A DNA stretch of 64,000 bases from NCBI GenBank assembly GCA_036517155.1, contig DATDXY010000001.1:6510-70509 (forward strand), read 5' to 3'. A model generated the notes under the pieces. It searched no databases. It had not been told where the DNA came from and worked only from the letters and a program-made list of their open reading frames with translations. Below are positions 55,674-64,000 of this stretch, one piece after another; positions within the stretch are counted from its first letter, which is position 1, and the number at the start of each line of letters is the position of its first letter. The stretch comes from Minisyncoccota bacterium (GTDB lineage: Bacteria > Patescibacteriota > Minisyncoccia > UBA6257 > 02-FULL-45-10c). A program made the position numbers and the translations under genes.

Positions 55674-56090
55674 TTACAAAGGTAACTCTTTAATAGATTC
55701 CAAACTTACTTCGCCAAAAGCTGATACGGACACAATCGCTTCCACTTTCCGGCTTCGAGTTAATGCCGTTCCCGTTGAAGAAATTTTGCGATTACCCACA
55801 CCGCCGCACTCCGGTAATGTGGTGCAAATTTCTACAGTGACATTTGCCGTATTGACGGAAAATTGATAACTGGTGGGGAAATTATTATTATCTCGAGCCA
55901 GGCGAATTAATCCGTCCTGAACGCCAGCATACGCCGCAGCCAGAGCTTCCGAAGAAAGCCTGGATCCTAATCCAGAAGTACTCAATAAATACACCCCAAC
56001 AGTAAGCACGATCATAATATTCACCACTACACCGCCAAGCACTAATAATGTTGGCAACGCTGCAATACCCCGATAAGATGTAAATTTCAT
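55674..56090 (-). CDS. PilX/GspK-like minor pilin-type protein.
   Basis: Start taken at MKFTSY. One TM helix then SSEALAAAYAGVQDGLIRL, resembling the conserved post-TM motif of PilX/GspK-like proteins. Confidence 0.4.
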   Translation of the reverse strand: MKFTSYRGIAALPTLLVLGGVVVNIMIVLTVGVYLLSTSGLGSRLSSEALAAAYAGVQDGLIRLARDNNNFPTSYQFSVNTANVTVEICTTLPECGGVGNRKISSTGTALTRSRKVEAIVSVSAFGEVSLESIKELPL

Positions 56091-56098
56091 AGTGTAAT

Positions 56099-56986
56099 TT
56101 ATTGACCCCAAGTCACAATTATGTCCGTTACTTCCGGCGCTAAATCGACACCCCAAGTGGCCGATTCTAAAATCGCCTTATAACGAAAATACCGGTGATT
56201 GCTATGGTAAACGAACGACAATTGCACCGGATCATCCGGTCCAGTCGGCACATAATAATCATCCGATAAACCATTAGGACCAATAAAACTCCACGGGCCA
56301 TTTTCATTATTAGAAGAAGCAAACTGAAATTTAACGTTAGTACCAATCGGTTTCTGTCCTCGATACATCAAGCTGTAAAATGCCACTGGCGATCCCGCAT
56401 CATAAGTACTGGATTCAACTGTTGCGGCAGTGGACGAAATAGTAGCGGTAGTTTTGACTTTATAATTCGAGGTGGCGCAAGTTCCAGTATTGGTACAATT
56501 AAAACTAATCCAGCCAATAATATCATTCCAAGCAAAACCGCTAAAATTTCCGCTGCCATCAACCGTTACCTGATAATTTGAGGTAGCGCAGGTATTAGTA
56601 TTGTCTGGCGACGGGGTCCCATCACTAGTATGATCGCAATTAAAACTCACCCAGCCAATCGCGTCGTTCCATCCCCAACCAGACAAATTACCATCACCGT
56701 CATTAACCACTTTATACGGTATTGTGCAATTGCTGCCTGGCGGGCCAAAAGCGCAATTTAGAGAAATAAATCCTACTGAAGAATTCGCATAACCGCGCAA
56801 TTCATTAGCCAGAACTTCAACATTAGGATTACTAGAATATTGAAAATCAATCCAACTAACAATGTCATTCCATGCCCATTTATCGGTCGCGTCAATATTG
56901 GGAGCGGCATATACCACCACACCCACACCAAGCAACATGATCGCGCTTATTATCCATACTATTTTATTATTTATTTTGTTCTTCAT
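56099..56986 (-). CDS. Signal-peptide protein with three W-N-D-x-I-G/S-W-x-S/D-F-N-C repeats; pilus-associated, function unknown.
   Basis: Start taken at MKNKINNK. Repeats WNDIVSWIDFQ...NC, GWGWNDAIGWVSFNCDHT, GFAWNDIIGWISFNCTNT. Embedded in the pilus operon. Confidence 0.45.
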   Translation of the reverse strand: MKNKINNKIVWIISAIMLLGVGVVVYAAPNIDATDKWAWNDIVSWIDFQYSSNPNVEVLANELRGYANSSVGFISLNCAFGPPGSNCTIPYKVVNDGDGNLSGWGWNDAIGWVSFNCDHTSDGTPSPDNTNTCATSNYQVTVDGSGNFSGFAWNDIIGWISFNCTNTGTCATSNYKVKTTATISSTAATVESSTYDAGSPVAFYSLMYRGQKPIGTNVKFQFASSNNENGPWSFIGPNGLSDDYYVPTGPDDPVQLSFVYHSNHRYFRYKAILESATWGVDLAPEVTDIIVTWGQ

Positions 56987-56987
56987 T

Positions 56988-57650
56988 TTAAGGATAAGTG
57001 TAACCGGAAATTCTGATTGCTCCGGGGCTTGTTGTAATATCAACGTTCCCGGATCCGATAAAATAACGACTTCCAAAATCCAACACCGGTCCGGCCGTAG
57101 CGCCGCCGGCTGACCAATCAGTTTGTTTGGCAATTTTCGGTCCCCAACGAGTAAGATAACTAGAAATTTCTAAATGACCAGGCTGGCTCGGCACATCCCA
57201 ATCAACGCCAACAACAATTTTTTGGGTGGAAGGGTCTTCCCGAGACGGCGTGAAGGTTGATTCGATATCGCCATTCCCATCTCGAGAAACATTTTCTAAA
57301 TAGAAATAACGTCGATACGTAATGCCATTGACCACCAATGATTCTTCCGCGCCTTGATTAACAATAAATTGACCGCCCGAAACAGTAAGATAGTTTTTTT
57401 TTGCCAAATCCAGTGGAGGTGCTTTGGGCAATGCATAAACCACCGACCATTGGGCTTCAGAAAATGCGCGCGCATTATCCAACAAGCCATTAGCAAATGA
57501 ACCAGCGGCTTGGTTTTGTTCATTAGAATTTCCAGATCGCAACACCAAAAAAAGCGAACCGGTTGCGGCACTGATCATTATAATGCTGATCCCCAAACCA
57601 ATCACTGCTTCAATTAACGATTGGCCTCGATTATAATACTGCTTAATCAC
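56988..57650 (-). CDS. Pseudopilin / minor pilin (prepilin-type N-terminus).
   Basis: NRGQSLIEAVIGLGISIIMI: G|QSLIE class III signal with Glu+5. Confidence 0.6.
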   Translation of the reverse strand: MIKQYYNRGQSLIEAVIGLGISIIMISAATGSLFLVLRSGNSNEQNQAAGSFANGLLDNARAFSEAQWSVVYALPKAPPLDLAKKNYLTVSGGQFIVNQGAEESLVVNGITYRRYFYLENVSRDGNGDIESTFTPSREDPSTQKIVVGVDWDVPSQPGHLEISSYLTRWGPKIAKQTDWSAGGATAGPVLDFGSRYFIGSGNVDITTSPGAIRISGYTYP

Positions 57651-57665
57651 TACCTATAGTATACC

Positions 57666-58160
57666 CTAGGAATCCACAACCTCAATCAATCCATTGTTAG
57701 AAATGTTAATAGTTTTGGAATCTCCGCCACCAATTTGGGTAATAGTGATGGTTTGATTGCCACCTTCTGGGGCCCCGTACAACTTAGAAAAAATAATATC
57801 CAAAGCGGCTCCTCCTTGAGCTGGGACCGTGAATTCCACTGAATTCGGTAATACAATCCGGTTGACCGAATTGATTGTTGTGCATACATTGCAATAAAAA
57901 ATCGTATAAGAATCATCACCGCCACTTTGGGCTTCTATCCGAACTCCCCACTTCGCGGATACCCCCAATGCCGGACCAATTTCTTGAGTAATCGATTTTT
58001 GCTGGGTGTCCCGAATATAATTCGCTAAAGATGTTGCTGTACTTTTTAAATCTTGCGCTCTTTTAAAACCGCCGAAGTTAGTCACTCCTATGCCGCCCAG
58101 TATTACGATAATTCCAATCACTACCATCAGCTCGGAAACGGTAAAACCTCTTTTTTGCAT
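57666..58160 (-). CDS. Pseudopilin / minor pilin.
   Basis: MQKRGFTVSELMVVIGIIVILG: G|FTVSE with Glu+5. Confidence 0.65.
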   Translation of the reverse strand: MQKRGFTVSELMVVIGIIVILGGIGVTNFGGFKRAQDLKSTATSLANYIRDTQQKSITQEIGPALGVSAKWGVRIEAQSGGDDSYTIFYCNVCTTINSVNRIVLPNSVEFTVPAQGGAALDIIFSKLYGAPEGGNQTITITQIGGGDSKTINISNNGLIEVVDS

Positions 58161-58173
58161 ATGTTTTTTTTAT

Positions 58174-59385
58174 TTAGACACTACCTACTAATTGATAAAT
58201 CGGGACAACAATCGCCAATGCAATGCCGCCAATCATAATACCGATAAAAAGCAAAAGAATCGGTTCGATAAACGTCACCAAGCTTTTGACCGAGGTATCG
58301 ATTTCAGATTCATAAAAATCCGCCAGCGTTCGCAAAATATCTTCCGTATGACCGGCTTTTTCGGAAATCGAAATAAGATTGACGATCACTAACGGAAAAG
58401 ACGGTTCTCGGCGAAACGCCTCTCCTACCGTTAAACCCTTGGCAATTCCTTCCCGCGCAATGCGTTGTAAACTTTCTTTATATTCATCTGAGCCAACCGC
58501 ATCCGCGGTAATTTCCAAGGAATCTAAAATCGGCATGCCGGCCTTAATCAAGGAAGAAAGCGTGCTGGCGAATCGCTGCAGCGCCATTTCTTTTAAAACT
58601 TTGTTGATTATCGGCAATCTATAAAAAATTCTTAACACTACTTGCCGATTGACGGGTATCTTCATTAAGAAAAACCAAAGCGTAACTCCTCCGATTGCAA
58701 TACCGGGTAAAATGAAAAAGATATATTGATTCAAAAATAAACCGACACCAAACACAATTCTGGAAAAAAGCGGCGGTTCAAATCCGGTGCCGGTAAATAC
58801 ATTGGCAATTTTTGGCAACGCAAAACTAACTAAAAGGATAAGAATTAAAACTGATAAGCCAAGAAGGATAATTGGGTACACCAGCGCAGCTCTTACTTTA
58901 TTCCGTAATTCCTGCTCTTTTCCCAGGGTGGCGCTGAGATTTAAAAAAACCGTCTCTAAATTACCCGAAGCTTCTCCGGATTTAACCAAATTAACAAATA
59001 CGGAAGAAAAATATTGAGGGTATTTCGCAAATGTAGAATAAAATGGTTGCCCCTTTTCTAATGTTGATCGAATTTCAATAAGAAATGCTTTTAAGATTGG
59101 CTTATCAAAATCTTTAATTAATACGTCAATGGCTCGAAATAAATCGGTGCCGGCCTTTAACATTAGGGATAGGTATTTGGTTAAAAAAATCTTATCCGCA
59201 ATGGTAATCTTTTGTCCGAACAATGCCTTGGATTTAATTACTTCCGCCTCTTTATAAACTTTTAAAGAAATTGGCCGCAATCCCTGGCCCGCAAGAAAAC
59301 TTAGAACTTCGTCAGAATTCTGAGCTTCTACATCACCCTGTAACATTCTGCCGCTGGAATCAGAGGCGGTATAAGTAAATTTCAT
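58174..59385 (-). CDS. pilC: Type IV pilus platform protein PilC (GspF family).
   Basis: Two T2SS_F repeats, 3 TM segments. Typical 403-aa layout. Confidence 0.85.
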   Translation of the reverse strand: MKFTYTASDSSGRMLQGDVEAQNSDEVLSFLAGQGLRPISLKVYKEAEVIKSKALFGQKITIADKIFLTKYLSLMLKAGTDLFRAIDVLIKDFDKPILKAFLIEIRSTLEKGQPFYSTFAKYPQYFSSVFVNLVKSGEASGNLETVFLNLSATLGKEQELRNKVRAALVYPIILLGLSVLILILLVSFALPKIANVFTGTGFEPPLFSRIVFGVGLFLNQYIFFILPGIAIGGVTLWFFLMKIPVNRQVVLRIFYRLPIINKVLKEMALQRFASTLSSLIKAGMPILDSLEITADAVGSDEYKESLQRIAREGIAKGLTVGEAFRREPSFPLVIVNLISISEKAGHTEDILRTLADFYESEIDTSVKSLVTFIEPILLLFIGIMIGGIALAIVVPIYQLVGSV

Positions 59386-59397
59386 AAAAAATTGCTA

Positions 59398-61131
59398 TTA
59401 CTCTCGAATTACCCGTAATACTTCGTCAATTGAAGTCATACCTCGCTCGGCTTTAATCAGACCATCTTCAAACATTGTCCGCATCCCCTGTTGCCGAGCT
59501 AGAACCCGCAAACCGTCTAAATCAAATGTTGGACTAACAATCAATTGGCGAATTTCATCATTAAACTCTAATGCTTCAAAAATTCCCATTCGACCTTTCA
59601 AGCCGCTATGCCCGCAAGACTTGCAACCCTTGCCTCGATATAAAAGTTTTGGTACTTTTACATTTTTTTCAATCCCCAATTCCTTTAGCTGCTTCTCAAT
59701 AATATCCGTGGTAGCTTGATCTGCTTTATACGATTCTATGCAGTCCAAACAAATTCGCCCCACCAAACGCTGGGCAACAATTACATTTAATACCGCGGAA
59801 ACCAAAAAGGCCGGGATTTTCATATCTAAAAGCCTGGGCACTGCCGTCGATGCGTCATTAGTGTGGATGGTGGACAGCACTAAGTGGCCAGTTAATGCCG
59901 CATTCACGGCAATATCCGCCGTTTCTAGATCTCGAATTTCTCCGACCATAATAATATTTGGATCTTGGCGAAGGAGCGAACGCAAACCGCTGGCAAAAGT
60001 AATGCCAGCTTGAGCATTGACTTGAATTTGATTTACATACTTCACGCTATATTCAATTGGATCTTCAATGGTGGAAATATTGACTTCCGGTCGATTCAAA
60101 ATATTCAGAACCGAGTATAAAGTAGTGGTTTTACCCGATCCAGTCGGACCACATACCAGCACCATGCCGTAGCTTTTTTTGATATTTTCCCTGACTATTT
60201 TTGCCGTGTCTTCCAACATTCCATCTTCTTCTAGGGAAACCGGCTTTTGGGTCGCAGCGAGCAAACGCATTTCAATTTTCTCTCCGAAGTAAGTCGGGAT
60301 GATAGATACCCGCAAGTCCACTATTTCCGAACCGAGTTGCTGACGAAAACGACCATCTTGCGGCTTAGAGTGTTCATCCAGCTTTAATCCAGCCAATAAT
60401 TTAATCCGCGCGACAATCGATGGGTGCACTTCTTTCGCAATTCGAATGAACTCGTGCAAAATACCGTCAATTCGATAGCGAACTAAAACGCCATCTTCTA
60501 ATACTTCTAGATGAATATCTGAAGCCCGGCTGGAAACGCCATATCCAATCAAAGTATCCACAATAGCGACAATCGGTAATTCCACCGCGGCTTCTTCCGC
60601 GCCAGATGCCCGCGAACGAAATGAAGCGGCAATATTTTCTTCAATAACGCGTTTGAATTCTTCCGTTGAGCCTCGGCTATATAAAGTGAGACCCTGATTA
60701 AGATCCGTTTGAGATGCTAAAAAGATTTTTAAATCTGCTTTTAAATAACGTTTTAAAAACTCAATAGTTTCTAAATCACTCGGATCTTCAATGGCAATTT
60801 TTAGAGCGCCGTCTGAGTCTTGACCAAATACGATTACTCGTTTTTGCCGCGACAAATCTTCCGGCAATAACCGTAGGGACTGTTCATCAATGCTTTTTTC
60901 ATCTAAATGCGCTTTGGGAACGCCAAAATATTCCGCCAGTAAATCCGAAAAATAATTCTCAGAAATAGTCCCTCGAGAAATTAAAATATCAGAAATATTT
61001 TGCCCCATTCGCTTGGATTCCTGGGTAATCGCATCAAAATCCACCTCGGTGATTAAACCTTCTTTGATCAGCGCTTCTTTTAATTTTTGATCTGGAATTT
61101 GCATTACTAATTTTTTACGTATGGAAAACAA
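59398..61131 (-). CDS. pilB: Type IV pilus assembly ATPase PilB (GspE family).
   Basis: Walker A GPTGSGKTT, Asp box, His box, Walker B. C-terminal tetracysteine (CLDC...CKSCGHSG). Confidence 0.9.
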   Translation of the reverse strand: MFSIRKKLVMQIPDQKLKEALIKEGLITEVDFDAITQESKRMGQNISDILISRGTISENYFSDLLAEYFGVPKAHLDEKSIDEQSLRLLPEDLSRQKRVIVFGQDSDGALKIAIEDPSDLETIEFLKRYLKADLKIFLASQTDLNQGLTLYSRGSTEEFKRVIEENIAASFRSRASGAEEAAVELPIVAIVDTLIGYGVSSRASDIHLEVLEDGVLVRYRIDGILHEFIRIAKEVHPSIVARIKLLAGLKLDEHSKPQDGRFRQQLGSEIVDLRVSIIPTYFGEKIEMRLLAATQKPVSLEEDGMLEDTAKIVRENIKKSYGMVLVCGPTGSGKTTTLYSVLNILNRPEVNISTIEDPIEYSVKYVNQIQVNAQAGITFASGLRSLLRQDPNIIMVGEIRDLETADIAVNAALTGHLVLSTIHTNDASTAVPRLLDMKIPAFLVSAVLNVIVAQRLVGRICLDCIESYKADQATTDIIEKQLKELGIEKNVKVPKLLYRGKGCKSCGHSGLKGRMGIFEALEFNDEIRQLIVSPTFDLDGLRVLARQQGMRTMFEDGLIKAERGMTSIDEVLRVIRE

Positions 61132-61708
61132 GATCCTTGACCCAAGGAATTTTGCTAATCAATATTTGAATCGTTATCAATGTCAGCGCACTCGCGGGCA
61201 ACCATAAATAGTAAAAGGAAACCCGTTGATTTTTTAAAATCACCAAAACCAGTAAGGCAATCAACATAAAAATGCCAAATACTAACCAACCCGGATGTCC
61301 AGCGTATAAGACACTTAACAATAAAAGCCAAAATTCTGATGGATAAAAAAATCTTTCCTGAAAACGCTTATTCAACCAATGCATTTTCCAGAAACCAAGA
61401 CCCGCAATAGCGAATGCTACCGCATATTCTACCGCAAACTGGATAAACCAATAGGACAGGAAATCCCACCAGGTTATGTGAGGAGGCAATAAAAACCTAC
61501 CCAATGGATCTAAGCTTCTAGTAAGATATAAAAGATAACCGGAGTATCCAAGCAAAGCGATTAATAAACCGATACCAACCCACACAGCTTTACGGATGAT
61601 TAGATAAAATCTTTCTTGGGGAACTAAAAGTTGATAGATCCAAAGCCCTAATAAATACAAATACAACAATTCATTGAATGGCAAAGACATATTATAATTA
61701 TATAACAA
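61115..61708 (-). CDS. Polytopic membrane protein in the position usually held by prepilin peptidase, but lacking A24 catalytic motifs.
   Basis: 197 aa, 5-6 TM helices. No GGD-x-K-type A24 motif found. Confidence 0.35.
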   Translation of the reverse strand: MLYNYNMSLPFNELLYLYLLGLWIYQLLVPQERFYLIIRKAVWVGIGLLIALLGYSGYLLYLTRSLDPLGRFLLPPHITWWDFLSYWFIQFAVEYAVAFAIAGLGFWKMHWLNKRFQERFFYPSEFWLLLLSVLYAGHPGWLVFGIFMLIALLVLVILKNQRVSFYYLWLPASALTLITIQILISKIPWVKDLVFHT

Positions 61709-61752
61709 AACTCCCCGAAGGGGGAGTTTTGTGCACTACAACCGAAAGCTGA

Positions 61753-62355
61753 TTACAGATTTAAACCTGGATCAGTTCCAATTTCATAGATTGACTCAAG
61801 ATCACCGCCATCTTTTGCATTCGATTCTACATCATCACCGCCAGTGGTAGAGTATCGAGTACTTTCCATGTTTGCGTTCAACTCAAACGTTTTGTTTGTG
61901 TTGTCACAGGCATAGCTGAAGTAATAGGTAGTATCGTTAATCGGATCAACTGGCAAGGATGCAAGAGGCGCGCCTCCTGGAATCGCTGCTAAGTTTACCG
62001 GAATCCAACCATTACCATCGCTTTCTCGGGTAGTATCAATAGTTGTGGTTTTCGTTGATGTTGCGTGACGAAGCTGTCCACAGTTTGCGCCAACCCCAGA
62101 TGCTCCAGTGAAACACATCGTTGAACAACTTAACGCACCAGTAAAATCTAAGTCCGGATTAGAAACGGTCGCTGTATATAAACCGATTGCGCTACGCATA
62201 GAGCTCATATTCTCAACTCGTTGGGAATCTCGAGCTTGCCGGAATAATTCTGCCGGGTTTAATACTAATACCGTTACTGTTCCTAAAATCGCTAAAATAC
62301 CGATAACGATTAAGAGTTCCAATAATGTGAAACCTCTTTTTTCTGTGTTAATCAT
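61753..62355 (-). CDS. Type IV major pilin candidate.
   Basis: KRGFTLLELLIVIGILAILG with Glu+5. 200 aa with a C-terminal Cys pair. First gene of the operon, behind a sigma-70-like promoter. Confidence 0.75.
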   Translation of the reverse strand: MINTEKRGFTLLELLIVIGILAILGTVTVLVLNPAELFRQARDSQRVENMSSMRSAIGLYTATVSNPDLDFTGALSCSTMCFTGASGVGANCGQLRHATSTKTTTIDTTRESDGNGWIPVNLAAIPGGAPLASLPVDPINDTTYYFSYACDNTNKTFELNANMESTRYSTTGGDDVESNAKDGGDLESIYEIGTDPGLNL

Positions 62356-62426
62356 AAAATTAATAATTTATTGGGACCTTTTTAATGTAAGTCTATTATA
62401 TCAAACGCTGCGGTATTCACAATTTC

Positions 62427-62440
62427 TATACTGTGGATAA
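62427..62440 (-). promoter_or_regulatory. TTATCCACAGTATA motif immediately upstream of the -35 of the pilin promoter.
   Basis: + strand tatactgtggataa. The identical 14-mer sits upstream of lexA. -35 TTGTGA and -10 TATAAT follow on the minus strand. Confidence 0.35.
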
Positions 62441-62461
62441 GTATTTCAATTTGGCTTGTCG

Positions 62462-62833
62462 TTAATTGAGGATTTCTTTTACTTTCCCGATTAAAAAATC
62501 AATGGAAATATTCGCTTTCACAAGATAATCCGTTGCTCCCAATTCTTTGCCGCGGGCAATATCACTGTCTTGTCCTAAATTAGAAATAATAATAATCGGA
62601 GTTTTGGGTATTTGCGGATCCGCTTTAATATCTTCCATTACTTCAAATCCGGATTTACCCGGTAAAATCAAATCCAATAAAATTAAATCCGGCTGGCTTT
62701 TTTTTAGAGCTGCTAATGCGGCGCCGCCATCTTTTACTAGCTCCACTTCAAAACCTTCTTTCTGGATTCGGTTATGAAGCAAAGATGATAAAAATTGGTC
62801 ATCTTCAATAAGTAAAATCTTGCGCATAGACAA
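62462..62833 (-). CDS. Single-domain response regulator (CheY-like).
   Basis: KILLIEDD, phospho-acceptor in LILLDLILPG, T/S and K (IISNLG..., YLVK) conserved. Confidence 0.75.
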   Translation of the reverse strand: MSMRKILLIEDDQFLSSLLHNRIQKEGFEVELVKDGGAALAALKKSQPDLILLDLILPGKSGFEVMEDIKADPQIPKTPIIIISNLGQDSDIARGKELGATDYLVKANISIDFLIGKVKEILN

Positions 62834-62868
62834 TTGTGTATTTTAATAATACCAAATTTTCCGCCATA

Positions 62869-62896
62869 AAAAAAGCCGACCTCTGCCGGCTTTTTC
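62869..62896. terminator. Terminator hairpin between the 16S 3' end and the response-regulator gene.
   Basis: aaaaAGCCGaCctctGcCGGCTttttc, A/T runs on both sides. Confidence 0.5.
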
Positions 62897-63036
62897 TTGA
62901 AAATTTTCTAGTTGCCCCAACCGCGATTCGCCGAATGGCGAAAAGAATCGAAACTCGAAGGCTCCTCGATCAATGCCTTATTTTGTAAATATCGACACGA
63001 ATCTTTTCAATGAAGAAAAGATTTGTAGTTTAAATG

Positions 63037-64000
<964 letters not shown>

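Noticed and set aside
61115-61708. Prepilin peptidase (PilD) assignment for the membrane protein between the pilin and pilB.
   Set aside because: Position and size are suggestive, but I could not find the A24 catalytic Asp motifs (for example G-G-D-x-K-L) in the translation, so I left it as an uncharacterised membrane protein.
36613-62440. Replication origin (oriC) inferred from DnaA boxes.
   Set aside because: The three perfect TTATCCACA boxes are 11-15 kb apart and each sits at a promoter. There is no clustered box array, no AT-rich DUE and no dnaA or dnaN gene here. I therefore treat them as transcription-factor sites, not an origin.

Overview
This window reads as a small, AT-rich, streamlined bacterial genome fragment of CPR/Patescibacteria type, using the standard genetic code (TGA ends ORFs). 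Genes are tightly packed, mostly on the minus strand. There are several type IV pilin-like genes, little biosynthetic capacity, and a fermentative lower glycolysis. The unannotated first gene (1..691, minus) runs off the 5' edge, and a partial 16S rRNA (minus) runs off the 3' edge. Housekeeping genes recognised from sequence: queA/tgt, eno-ppsA-glycerate kinase, pyk, gpmA, obg, greA, an ABC-F ATPase, cspA, a class-II-like RNR, ftsA/ftsZ, ybeY, rpsU, hisS, lepB, pth, lexA, xth and a tRNA-Asn. Accessory content: (i) a complete type IV pilus/competence-pilus operon (54159..62355, minus) containing unusual members: a repeat protein, a PilX-like protein, a PilM/PilN fusion, and no recognisable prepilin peptidase. 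(ii) Two unlinked paralogous pilin-LamG fusion genes. (iii) A secreted protein with a coiled coil, two Kazal domains and a cupredoxin-like domain. (iv) A copper-ATPase plus thiol-disulfide redox cluster. (v) A cluster of hypothetical secreted/membrane proteins next to tRNA-Asn. The findings I would check first are two. One is a perfect DnaA-box-like motif TTATCCACA (extended to TTATCCACAGTATA) lying just upstream of the -35 region of lexA, the RNR gene and the major pilin gene. The other is a 16S 3' end that appears to lack the CCUCC anti-Shine-Dalgarno sequence, while most genes here also lack SD sequences. All assignments come from reading motifs in the supplied translations. No database search was run.
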